Assembly: GCA_036302225.1 (NCBI GenBank)
Contig: JAXJCX010000059.1
Coordinates: forward strand, 7,133-71,132
Reading direction: 5' to 3'
Source: Collinsella sp.
Lineage (GTDB): Bacteria; Actinomycetota; Coriobacteriia; Coriobacteriales; Coriobacteriaceae
Length of the DNA: 64,000 bases
Position numbers and translations under genes: made by a program. Of the stretch, positions 7,405 through 15,819 are shown one piece after another (position 1 is the stretch's first letter; every line of letters begins with the position of its first letter). The notes below the pieces were generated by a model. The model worked only from the letters and a program-made list of their open reading frames with translations. It did no database searches and had not been told where the DNA came from.

Positions 7405-9909
7405 GTGATAAAGGTGACGGAACAGAAGATGGGCCCGCAGGCTATCGAGGTGCGTGGCGCGCGCGTCCATAACCTCAAGGACATCGATATCGATATTCCG
7501 CTGGGAAAGCTCGTGGGTATTGCCGGCGTGTCGGGCTCGGGCAAGAGTTCGCTGGCGCTCGGGGTTCTTTATGCCGAGGGCTCGCGCCGCTATCTGGAGG
7601 CGCTCAGCACCTATACCCGCCGTCGCCTGACGCAGGCCGAGCACGCCCAGGTGGTCGAGGTGCTGCACGTGCCAGCGGCGCTCGCATTACATCAGCGTCC
7701 CAGCGTGCCGGGCGTGCGTTCCACCTTTGGCACCATGACCGAGCTCAACAATAGTCTGCGTCTGCTCTTTAGCCGCTGCGCCCATCACGTGTGCCCGCAT
7801 TGCGGGGCGCGTGTGGAGCCGAGCCTTAACGTGGCTGCGGGCCTGTCGCTCACGTGTCCGACATGCGGCCGCGAGTTCTACGCGCCGAGTGCCGAGGATT
7901 TGGCTTTCAATAGCGGCGGTGCGTGCCCTACCTGCGGCGGCACCGGTGTTATGCGCGAGGTGGACGAGGCGAGTCTGGTGCCCGACGAGTCAAAGACTAT
8001 CAGCGAGGGTGCGGTGCTTCCCTGGGGCACGCTCATGTGGGACCTGATGAAACAGGTGGCCGGCGAGATGGGCGTACGCACCGACGTGCCGTTTAACCAG
8101 CTCACGCCTCAAGAGCGCGACATCGTGTTCCATGGTCCGGCGGTTAAGAAGCATATTCTCTACGTTCCCAAAAACGGCGAGGGCGCCACGCCGCTCGACT
8201 TTACCTATTACAACGCCGTCTATACCGTTGAGAATGCGCTCGCCAAGGTTAAGGACGACAAGGGCCTCAAACGCGTTGCACGCTTTTTGCGCGAGGGGCC
8301 ATGCCGTGACTGCGGCGGTACGCGTCTCTCCGAGGCGGCACGCCAGCCCCAGGTGCGCGGTATCAATCTGGCACAGGCCGCGGCCATGACGCTTGGTGAT
8401 GCGATTGAGTGGGTGCGCGGGGTGCCCGCATCCTTGCCGGTCGAGATGCGGCCCATGGCGACGGATATCTGCGATTCGTTTTTGAGCACGGCCCGTCGTC
8501 TGGTCGACCTGGGTCTCGATTACCTTTCACTCGACCGCGCCGGCGCCACGCTCTCCACGGGTGAACGCCAGCGCGTACAGCTTGCCCGTGTGGTGCGCAA
8601 CCGATCGACGGGCGTGCTCTATGTGCTGGACGAGCCCTCGATTGGCTTGCATCCTGCCAATGTCGACGGCCTGGTAGGCGTGATGCGCGATCTGGTGGAT
8701 GACGGCAACACTGTGGTTGTTGTCGACCACGATACGCGCGTACTGGCGGAAGCCGACTATCTGGTCGAGATGGGCCCCGTTGCCGGAGCAGGCGGCGGCA
8801 GTGTAATCGCCGCTGGTACGGTAGACGAGGTCGAGCAATCGCAGGGCAGCCGCATCGCACCGTTTTTGCGCACAGACCCCAAGCGCTTGCGTCCACAGGT
8901 GGCTGACGACGAAATGTTCGACCAGGGCCACATCCGCATGGCAACCGATACCATCCATACCGTCAAGCCGCTCGAAGTCGATATTCCGCGCGGCCGCTTG
9001 GTCGCGGTTACGGGCGTTTCGGGTTCGGGCAAGACGACGTTGGTGCTCGAGACGCTCATTCCTGCACTTAAGGCGCAGGCAGCTGGCGAGCGCTTGCCGG
9101 GGCACGTGCGTTGGGTCGATGCCGAGGGCATTGGCCGCGCAAATCTGATTGACGCTACGCCCATCGGCGCCAACGTACGCTCGACGGTAGCGACCTATGC
9201 CGACATTCATGACGAGCTGCGCCGCGCCTTCGCCCGTACGCCCGAGGCCAAGGCAGCCGGCTACAAGGCGGGCGCCTTTAGCTACAACACCGGCGCCTTG
9301 CGCTGCCCTACGTGTGACGGCACGGGTTCGATATCGCTCGACGTGCAGTTTTTGCCCGACGTCGAGATCATCTGCCCGGCATGCCGTGGTTCGCGCTACG
9401 CCGAGGCCGCCTCGCATATCCATCGCGAGGGCAAGGACGGGAGCTTGCTTACGTTGCCGCAGCTCATGGACATGAGTGTGGACGAGGCCATCGACGCCAC
9501 ACTGGGACTCAAGAAAGTTCAGGCGCGCTTGCAGACCTTGCACGACCTGGGCTTGGGTTATCTCACGCTCGGTGAGCCCACGCCGGCGCTCTCAGGCGGC
9601 GAGGCGCAGCGCCTTAAGCTCGCGAGCGAGATGGGCCGCGTGCAGGATGATGCCGTATTCGTATTCGACGAGCCCACGATTGGCCTGCATCCGCTCGATG
9701 TTCAGGTGCTGCTGAGCGTGTTTGACGGCCTCGTTGCCAAGGGCGCCACGGTTATCGTGATCGAACACGATCTCGACCTTATTCGCAATGCCGATTACGT
9801 AATCGACATGGGCCCGGGCGGTGGCGATGCGGGCGGGCAAATCGTCTGCGCCGGCACGCCGAGCGACATCGCGGCCTGCCCCGCAAGCATCACCGGCCGC
9901 TATCTATAG
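7405..9909 (+). CDS. UvrA paralogue (excinuclease ABC subunit A family, short/class-II-like, 834 aa)
   Basis: Two ABC modules: GVSGSGKSSLA, LSTGERQRVQLA, LYVLDEPSIGLH; and GVSGSGKTTLV, LSGGEAQRLKLA, VFVFDEPTIGLH. Zn modules CPHCG..CPTCG, CPTCGGTG, CRDCGGTR and CPTCDGTG..CPACRGSR. GTG 7405 starts 1 nt after the stop of the upstream ATPase (alternative ATG 7429). Confidence 0.85.
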   Translation: MIKVTEQKMGPQAIEVRGARVHNLKDIDIDIPLGKLVGIAGVSGSGKSSLALGVLYAEGSRRYLEALSTYTRRRLTQAEHAQVVEVLHVPAALALHQRPSVPGVRSTFGTMTELNNSLRLLFSRCAHHVCPHCGARVEPSLNVAAGLSLTCPTCGREFYAPSAEDLAFNSGGACPTCGGTGVMREVDEASLVPDESKTISEGAVLPWGTLMWDLMKQVAGEMGVRTDVPFNQLTPQERDIVFHGPAVKKHILYVPKNGEGATPLDFTYYNAVYTVENALAKVKDDKGLKRVARFLREGPCRDCGGTRLSEAARQPQVRGINLAQAAAMTLGDAIEWVRGVPASLPVEMRPMATDICDSFLSTARRLVDLGLDYLSLDRAGATLSTGERQRVQLARVVRNRSTGVLYVLDEPSIGLHPANVDGLVGVMRDLVDDGNTVVVVDHDTRVLAEADYLVEMGPVAGAGGGSVIAAGTVDEVEQSQGSRIAPFLRTDPKRLRPQVADDEMFDQGHIRMATDTIHTVKPLEVDIPRGRLVAVTGVSGSGKTTLVLETLIPALKAQAAGERLPGHVRWVDAEGIGRANLIDATPIGANVRSTVATYADIHDELRRAFARTPEAKAAGYKAGAFSYNTGALRCPTCDGTGSISLDVQFLPDVEIICPACRGSRYAEAASHIHREGKDGSLLTLPQLMDMSVDEAIDATLGLKKVQARLQTLHDLGLGYLTLGEPTPALSGGEAQRLKLASEMGRVQDDAVFVFDEPTIGLHPLDVQVLLSVFDGLVAKGATVIVIEHDLDLIRNADYVIDMGPGGGDAGGQIVCAGTPSDIAACPASITGRYL

Positions 9910-9910
9910 A

Positions 9911-9945
9911 CAATGAGGCAAAGGGACAGCCTCTTTGCCTCATTG
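9911..9945 (+). terminator. GGGACAG-loop hairpin, copy 3 (between convergent uvrA paralogue and ATPase paralogue)
   Basis: caatgaggcaaag-ggacagcct-ctttgcctcattg. Confidence 0.6.
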
Positions 9946-9949
9946 ATGC

Positions 9950-11050
9950 CTATTTCACGCATTGAGCCGCGAGATAGTCGCGGAAGAATGGCAATTCAAA
10001 TGCGACGAGCCCTCGTCCTCGTTCCCCGATGATGCCGGCATCTATCATGCGGCGTCGGTAGCGAGAGACCTGCTGCGGCGAACGCTTAAGGCGCTCGACA
10101 AGGTCGGCGGTGGTGGACTCTTCCTCGTCATCGAGCATGGCGATGAGGAATCGCTTGTCCTCTGCAGTGAGTTCCCGATAGGTTGCCGCGAGGATTCGGT
10201 CGTCCATCTCGTCGCGCGCGATTTTGATTCCCAGGTCAAAGTCGCGTGACGAGATTTCCTTCGAATCGCTTGTGAGATCCCAGGCACGGTAGCCTACGAG
10301 TTGCAATAGGAAGGGAAAACCAGAGATCGAGCGAACGGCTCTATCGATTCCCTCTGCATCTGCCAGGCGATCGTTTTCCTGAATTGTGCGAATCAAGGCC
10401 TCGCGCACGTCATAGTCGGCAATGCGACCCAGATGATATTGTTGGGCGCGGCGAAGGAACGAGACCGTCTTGTGGTTCAGTAGCGTCGATACGTTGTTGG
10501 GAAGTCCCGCCATGAGCAGGGCGACGCGTTTCCCATCGGTCACAAAGTGCTGATACGTCGCTGCGAGCTGGATCATCTCGTCGAGTGTCGGGTCTACCTC
10601 GTCAACCGTGACGAGCAGACCGGTGCCCGCCTCGTTGAGCTGGTCGATGATGTCGCTCATGCGATAACGCCAGGTTGAGGCATCGTGGACACGATTGACC
10701 TCGATACTGCCGAGCGGTGCAATTCCTAGGCCGGTGACTTCGAAGTGGTCGGACGAGTCGATGAGATGGGCTGCGGCGCGTTTCGCCCCGAACTCGATTT
10801 CCTCAAGCATTCCCGGGAGCGCGGTCGTCTTTACGGCTATCCAGCCGTGGGATTCCGCCCTTGTCGCGAGCGACGACATGAGAGCGGTTTTACCGGTTCC
10901 ACGCGCGCCCGAGAAGATCGAGGTCAATTCTGGGCGCCTGCGCTGGCTCAAGAAGGCACGGTCCAAATCCCGAATAATCTGTTGTCTGCCAGCGAGATGG
11001 GCAGGAACCTCACCAAAACTGGGGGTAAACGGGTTCTCGAGATATTCCAC
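9950..11050 (-). CDS. P-loop ATPase with C-terminal winged-helix-like region, paralogue of 6285..7403
   Basis: Walker A GARGTGKTALM, Walker B LLVTVDEVD. Shares the blocks NPFxP..G..P..L.GR, AGLP, V(S/T)FLRRAQQ and QLVGY..W with the other ATPase (roughly one-third identity by eye). Confidence 0.75.
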   Translation of the reverse strand: MEYLENPFTPSFGEVPAHLAGRQQIIRDLDRAFLSQRRRPELTSIFSGARGTGKTALMSSLATRAESHGWIAVKTTALPGMLEEIEFGAKRAAAHLIDSSDHFEVTGLGIAPLGSIEVNRVHDASTWRYRMSDIIDQLNEAGTGLLVTVDEVDPTLDEMIQLAATYQHFVTDGKRVALLMAGLPNNVSTLLNHKTVSFLRRAQQYHLGRIADYDVREALIRTIQENDRLADAEGIDRAVRSISGFPFLLQLVGYRAWDLTSDSKEISSRDFDLGIKIARDEMDDRILAATYRELTAEDKRFLIAMLDDEEESTTADLVERLKRSPQQVSRYRRRMIDAGIIGERGRGLVAFELPFFRDYLAAQCVK

Positions 11051-11168
11051 AAGGCTCTCCTTTCACACCGCCGTTTAACTTTATTTTATTCTAGTTAATT
11101 CTGATTAAAAGTGAGGGCTCTTTATCTAGAGCATCAATTAGGCGTGTGTATCATCGACGTGGCGCTTG

Positions 11169-11201
11169 AATGTGACAAAGGGACACTTCCTTTGTCACAT
11201 T
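11169..11201 (+). terminator. GGGACA(C)-loop hairpin, copy 4 (overlaps the trmL stop codon)
   Basis: aatgtgacaaag-ggacacttc-ctttgtcacatt. The trmL stop (reverse strand, 11197..11195) lies in the right arm. Confidence 0.6.
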
Positions 11202-11794
11202 CCCGGAAAGCCTGTTTGGCGCAGAGCTTCGTAGAGGACGATTGCGGCGCTGTTGGAGAGGTTGAGTGCGCTGATGCGGTAGTCATCCGGGTTGACGAAG
11301 TTGCCGCAGATATCCTGTTGAAGGATGGCCTCATGGCCGTCCTCGATATGCCCGAGTGATTCCTCGTGGGCTTCCCATGCCTCGGCGTTGTCAAGCGAAT
11401 CGCAATCGCGCAGCATGGGGATGCGCTCGCAACGCTCGGGCGCCGCGGCAAGCAGTGGCTCGGGAATACCCGAGCTCTCGCTGCCAAAGACCAAATAGTC
11501 ACCGTCGCGGTAGGTGCTTTGTGCATAGGTGCGGCGCGCCTTTTTGGTCAGCAGATGCAGGCGCTCGTCGGCGGGGGAGAGGCCGTTGCGCGCAAGGAAA
11601 TCCTCCCAGCCGGCATAGGTCGTCACGTCCAGGTTCTGCCAGTAGCCCAGACCGGCGCGACGCACCGTCTTGTCGTCGAGCGAAAAGCCCAGTGGCTCCA
11701 CCAGATGCAGACGGGCGCCGGTGACCACGCAGGTGCGGCCGATATTGCCCGTATTGGCCGGAATCTCGGGCGCATACAGCACGATGTTGAACAT
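11195..11794 (-). CDS. trmL: tRNA (cytidine/uridine-34 2'-O)-methyltransferase TrmL (SpoU/TrmH family) with an internal insertion
   Basis: MFNIVLYAPEIPANTGNIGRTCVVTGARLHLVEPLGF...DKTVRRAGLGYW...GDYLVFGSESSGIP...IPM[~42-aa insert]SALNLSNSAAIVLYEALRQ, collinear with E. coli TrmL/YibK as recalled. Start moved to Met12 of the ORF. Confidence 0.8.
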   Translation of the reverse strand: MFNIVLYAPEIPANTGNIGRTCVVTGARLHLVEPLGFSLDDKTVRRAGLGYWQNLDVTTYAGWEDFLARNGLSPADERLHLLTKKARRTYAQSTYRDGDYLVFGSESSGIPEPLLAAAPERCERIPMLRDCDSLDNAEAWEAHEESLGHIEDGHEAILQQDICGNFVNPDDYRISALNLSNSAAIVLYEALRQTGFPGM

Positions 11795-11817
11795 GAATCT
11801 CCTTGGCTCAGAACGAA

Positions 11818-11855
11818 AAACCACCACGAAGGGACAGGCACCTTCGTGGTGGTTT
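11818..11855 (+). terminator. GGGACAG-loop hairpin, copy 5 (3' of the COG0523 gene)
   Basis: aaaccaccacgaagg-gacaggca-ccttcgtggtggttt: 12-bp perfect stem plus A/T extension. Confidence 0.65.
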
Positions 11856-11893
11856 GGCGGTTACGTAGCGGAAAAATGCCCGCTTGGATAAAC

Positions 11894-13045
11894 CTAGGCG
11901 CGGTGCCAGTCGGTCAGGCAGGCATCGAGGGAGGCGATGAGCGCATCCTTGTCCATGTGACGGCCGATGATGCACAGGCTCGTCATACGGTCGCCCGTCT
12001 CGTCGTCCCAAATCTGCATGATCTCGGGGGTCTCGTCGATAATTTTCTGCTTCTCGCCCTCGGGCGCCGAGTCGACAAACAGGCCGTTCTCCATCAGGCG
12101 CATCTGGTGGCCGGCCTGCTCAAACATGTAGCACATGTCCGGATTGCCGGTCTGCCACAGCGGACCCTTGACGCGGATGACCTCGTCGGGCCACTCCTGC
12201 TCAACAAAATCGGTGAACTTCTGCAGGTCAAACGGCTTGCGGCGCGAGTATACAAAGGTCTCGATGTCGTACTCGAGCACCTCGGGGTCGTCGTGCTCCT
12301 CGGGATGCTCCATGGCCTCGATCCAGGCGGCGGAGTTGTAGGCGCGCATAAAGTCGAAGCGGTCGGTGTCGAGCAGCTCCTCCATGGGGACCTCGCCGTT
12401 TTGGGCCTCGACGATCACGGCGTCTTTCTGCAGGCTGCGCACGATGGCCTTAAGCTCGGCGATCTGCTCAGGGCTCACGGTATCGGTCTTGTTGAGGATC
12501 AGCGTGGAGCAGAACTCGATCTGCTGGATGAGCAGGCTCTCGATGTCGTCCTCGTCGATATCCTCGGCCAGCAGGTCGCGACCGCCGTTGAACTCGTCGT
12601 ACATGCGGGCGCAGTCGACCACGGCCACGATGTTGTCGAGCGCGAGCTTGGGCTCGCCGCCCACCTTGGCCTCGTCGCAGAAGCTCGAGATGGTGTAGGC
12701 GATGGGGATAGGCTCGCAAATACCCGATGCCTCGATGATGATGTAATCGAACTTGCCCGAATCGGCGATGCCCTGCAGCTGGTTGGCCAGGTCATCCGAA
12801 AGCGTGCAGCAGATGCAGCCGTTGGTGAGCGGGATGAGGTCGTCGGTCTCGGAAAGGCCGCCGTCGGCGATGAGGCTGGCGTCGACGTTGATCTCGCCGA
12901 TATCGTTGACGATCACGGCGGCGCGGATGCCGCCGTCGTTAGCGAGGATGTGGTTGAGCAGCGTGGTCTTGCCGGCACCGAGGTATCCGGTAAGCATGAT
13001 GATCTTCACGGGTTTGTTGGGCATGTGCCCTCCTTTGTTAGACAT
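11894..13045 (-). CDS. COG0523/CobW-family GTPase (putative zinc metallochaperone)
   Basis: P-loop GYLGAGKTTLLNHIL and the diagnostic GCICCT (CxCC) motif. C-terminal CobW_C-like region. The start could alternatively be Met8. Confidence 0.8.
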   Translation of the reverse strand: MSNKGGHMPNKPVKIIMLTGYLGAGKTTLLNHILANDGGIRAAVIVNDIGEINVDASLIADGGLSETDDLIPLTNGCICCTLSDDLANQLQGIADSGKFDYIIIEASGICEPIPIAYTISSFCDEAKVGGEPKLALDNIVAVVDCARMYDEFNGGRDLLAEDIDEDDIESLLIQQIEFCSTLILNKTDTVSPEQIAELKAIVRSLQKDAVIVEAQNGEVPMEELLDTDRFDFMRAYNSAAWIEAMEHPEEHDDPEVLEYDIETFVYSRRKPFDLQKFTDFVEQEWPDEVIRVKGPLWQTGNPDMCYMFEQAGHQMRLMENGLFVDSAPEGEKQKIIDETPEIMQIWDDETGDRMTSLCIIGRHMDKDALIASLDACLTDWHRA

Positions 13046-13110
13046 GGCTTACAGTTGAATCTTATGCCAAACGCCTGCTCTTATACCCACGCGCCGGCAA
13101 ATAACACAAG

Positions 13111-13452
13111 CTACTCCCAGGCTCCCCATACATCGGGGCAATAACCGACGGTGGCCTTTTTGCCGTTGCGCACGATGGGCTCGGCTAGAACCTGCTGGTT
13201 CTCGAGCAGCTTGTCGAAGCGCTGGCTAGGGGTGAGGTGCTGGATGAGTGCGAGCGTCTCCTCGTCCTTGGCTTTGGGGTTGAGCAACTTGTCGATACCG
13301 CCGACCGCCTGCATCACGCTCGTGAGCTCGCCCTTGCTCATCTCCTTTTCCTTAAGGTCAATAAACTGCACCTTAATGCGGCGCTCCTTAAAATAGCGTT
13401 GGGCCTTCTTGGTATCAAAGGACTTTTTGGTGCCGAAGATTTGAATATTCAT
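13111..13452 (-). CDS. ArsC/Spx/YffB-family protein
   Basis: 113 aa. MNIQIFGTKKSFDTKKAQRYFKERRIKVQFIDL... has the thioredoxin-like ArsC-family N-terminus without an obvious CxxC. Confidence 0.65.
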   Translation of the reverse strand: MNIQIFGTKKSFDTKKAQRYFKERRIKVQFIDLKEKEMSKGELTSVMQAVGGIDKLLNPKAKDEETLALIQHLTPSQRFDKLLENQQVLAEPIVRNGKKATVGYCPDVWGAWE

Positions 13453-13464
13453 GGTCCCGCCGCT

Positions 13465-14091
13465 CTATCGAATGAAGTTGGTCGTTGCGCGATCTGCCTC
13501 GGGTGCGTTGATACCGGCGGCCTGTCCTGCCTCGATACAGCGCAGGAGCCAGGCCATGTTTTTGCCGATGTTTCGCATGGTGGCAAGGCCCTCGGCATCC
13601 TGGGCAGCCTCGCCCGGCGCAGCGCCAAACACGTTGTTCCAGTAGGTGGAGGCAACCACGGGCATTTGCTTAATGGTGAAGTACTTGTTGAGCACATCGA
13701 ACGTGGTTGACGTGCCGCCGCGACGGGCGACGGCGACCGCGGCGCCGGGTTTGTGCTCAAAGGCATGCCCGCCTGCATAGAAGGCGCGATCGAGGGCCGA
13801 AAGGATGCGTCCGCTGGGGTGCGCATAGTAGACGGGTGAGCCAAAGACAAAACCATCTGCTTGCTCGGCGGCAGCGATGAGCTCGTTCACCACGTCATCG
13901 TCAAAGGTGCAGCGACCGCCAGGTTTGCCGCACTGGCCGCAACCAATGCAATCGCGAATGGGCTTGGCGCCCAGCTGAAACACCTCGGTATCAATGCCTT
14001 CGGCATTGAGCTGCTCGGCGACCTCGGCGAGTGCGCGGGCGGTGTTGCCGTTTGCCTTGGGACTGCCGTTGACCAAAAGAACCTTCATCAC
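13465..14091 (-). CDS. NADPH-dependent FMN reductase / iron-sulfur flavoprotein family
   Basis: MKVLLVNGSPKANGNT...CIGCGQCGKPGGRC...FVFGSPVYYAHPSG is typical of the flavodoxin-like Isf/NADPH-FMN reductase family. Confidence 0.75.
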   Translation of the reverse strand: MMKVLLVNGSPKANGNTARALAEVAEQLNAEGIDTEVFQLGAKPIRDCIGCGQCGKPGGRCTFDDDVVNELIAAAEQADGFVFGSPVYYAHPSGRILSALDRAFYAGGHAFEHKPGAAVAVARRGGTSTTFDVLNKYFTIKQMPVVASTYWNNVFGAAPGEAAQDAEGLATMRNIGKNMAWLLRCIEAGQAAGINAPEADRATTNFIR

Positions 14092-14162
14092 AAACTCCCT
14101 CTGCTTTTGGTGACTTCTGCAGAGGATTATCGCACGATGGGGGAGGCGGTGCGGGCGCGGTG

Positions 14163-15692
14163 CTAATCCAGTTTGGTACCTGGCACCTGCACGGCTTTCC
14201 CGAGCAACGCTTTGAGCTCGTTCAAAATGGAAACGGGCTGTCGGTCGACGCTGTCCAGATGAAGCGTGGCCACGCGAATGGGCGGCTGATATTCAAGCGA
14301 GCCGATGAGCACGGGAGAACCCAGGAATCGTTCGATTTCGTTTGCGAGCTCGTCGATTGCCTCGGGGCCGAGCTCATCGAAAAGCGCCACGAACATTGGT
14401 CCCGTCGAGCGGAACAGGCGACCCTTGCCGCGCGAACAATCCATGAGGCAGGCGGCGCTTTCGGCGAGCACGCGGTCGCCTGCATCGAATCCAAAGCGGG
14501 CATTGACTTCGGCGATATCGTCGACCTTAATGGCAATAAAGCCCGCCTCGCGCGCCATGCGACGCATTTCGCCAATGGCGTTGACCAAGGCGTGGACATC
14601 GCCCAGGCCCGTTACCGAGTCGGTCGTATCCGCTAGGCTTCGGTTGACGATAATGCCCACATACATGCTGGGCTCGGTATCGGTGCCGTCCAAGCGGTAG
14701 CCCGTGCAGTCGCAAAGCGCGTATTTTCCGGTGGCATCCATTACGCGATACTGCATGTAGTGGAAGTGCCACGTGCCGTTTATCACCATGTCGAGCTCGG
14801 CGCGTACGTTGTCGCGGTCCTCGGGATGAACGCGGGCGAGCCACATGTCGAGTGAGTTAAAAGGGTGCTGGGAAGGCAGGTCAAAATCGCGCACGGCGTT
14901 AACCGACCATTGCGATTCTCCCGTATCGAGGTTAAGGATGAACGGATAGCGCGTCTCGGAGCTCATGGAGATCGCTTGGAACACCCGGTCGTTGCAAGGA
15001 AGCTGATCGACGATTGGGCGTTGCGGCGCGTCATTGTCTTTCGGTTGCTGCACACGATGCATAAGCTTATAGCGATACATCTTGCGATCGGCATCCATCG
15101 TCATCTGGCGACGCGTGTCGCCAGCAAGTGGATCGACGCGCGAGCAGCCAAAGCTAAAGCTGCCGATCATGGGCGCCTTGCCGCCTGAGCTCGCTTCGAT
15201 CAGCCCGGCACGTACCTGCTCCAAGCGCTGCTCGAGTTCAGTCTCGTTTGCGGAGAGCGAGATGAGCACAAACTCGTCTCCACCGATACGGAACAGCATC
15301 TCATCGTGCTCCATGGTTTCGGAGAGCGTGCGGCAGATGCTCAGAATATAGCGATTGCCTTCGGCGTGGCCAAACCTATCATTGCAATGTTTGAGATGGT
15401 CGATGTCAATATAGGCGCAGGTGAAGGGGTCGCCTTTGTGCCAGAGTTGCTCGACATGACGGTCGAATCCGTTGCGGTTGCCCAAGTTGGTGAGCGGGTC
15501 GATATAGGCGTTGCTCTCAAGCAGCCGGCGCTCTTGTTGCAGGATGGCATGCGTCTTTTGCAGTTGCTCGCCAACGGCGCGTAGCTCAGCAGGCAGCGCG
15601 GCAACATCGAGCTCGGCGGTCGAGATGCCATTCGCAAGTCGCTGAAGATAGGCAATAATCGATTGCTCGCCCAGGCGATATGACTCGTTCAT
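14163..15692 (-). CDS. Diguanylate cyclase: GGDEF - PAS-like - degenerate GGDEF
   Basis: N-terminal coiled coil, then DPLTNLGNRNGF...HLKHCNDRFGHAEGN...RIGGDEF (intact). PAS-like ...WLARVHPEDRD...YRVMDATGKY. The C-terminal GGDEF-like domain has STGPMF in place of GGDEF. Start trimmed to MNESY. Confidence 0.8.
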   Translation of the reverse strand: MNESYRLGEQSIIAYLQRLANGISTAELDVAALPAELRAVGEQLQKTHAILQQERRLLESNAYIDPLTNLGNRNGFDRHVEQLWHKGDPFTCAYIDIDHLKHCNDRFGHAEGNRYILSICRTLSETMEHDEMLFRIGGDEFVLISLSANETELEQRLEQVRAGLIEASSGGKAPMIGSFSFGCSRVDPLAGDTRRQMTMDADRKMYRYKLMHRVQQPKDNDAPQRPIVDQLPCNDRVFQAISMSSETRYPFILNLDTGESQWSVNAVRDFDLPSQHPFNSLDMWLARVHPEDRDNVRAELDMVINGTWHFHYMQYRVMDATGKYALCDCTGYRLDGTDTEPSMYVGIIVNRSLADTTDSVTGLGDVHALVNAIGEMRRMAREAGFIAIKVDDIAEVNARFGFDAGDRVLAESAACLMDCSRGKGRLFRSTGPMFVALFDELGPEAIDELANEIERFLGSPVLIGSLEYQPPIRVATLHLDSVDRQPVSILNELKALLGKAVQVPGTKLD

Positions 15693-15730
15693 GATGGATA
15701 ACCTCCTTGGGCGGAACAATGGTTTGTATC

Positions 15731-15761
15731 ATATCCCCAATTCGGTTTGAATTGGGGATAT
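15731..15761. terminator. 12-bp perfect hairpin between the two c-di-GMP genes
   Basis: atatccccaatt-cggtttg-aattggggatat. No clear U-tract. Confidence 0.45.
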
Positions 15762-15819
15762 AAGTCAGCTAATGGAGGCAAATTCCCCCTTCGGCGGTGG
15801 CGTTTTGCGCGCGAGCGTA

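Noticed and set aside
11366-13144. 592-aa ORF on the plus strand
   Set aside because: It is antisense to trmL and the COG0523 GTPase, which both have diagnostic motifs. Its product is G/A/V/D/L-rich low-information sequence.
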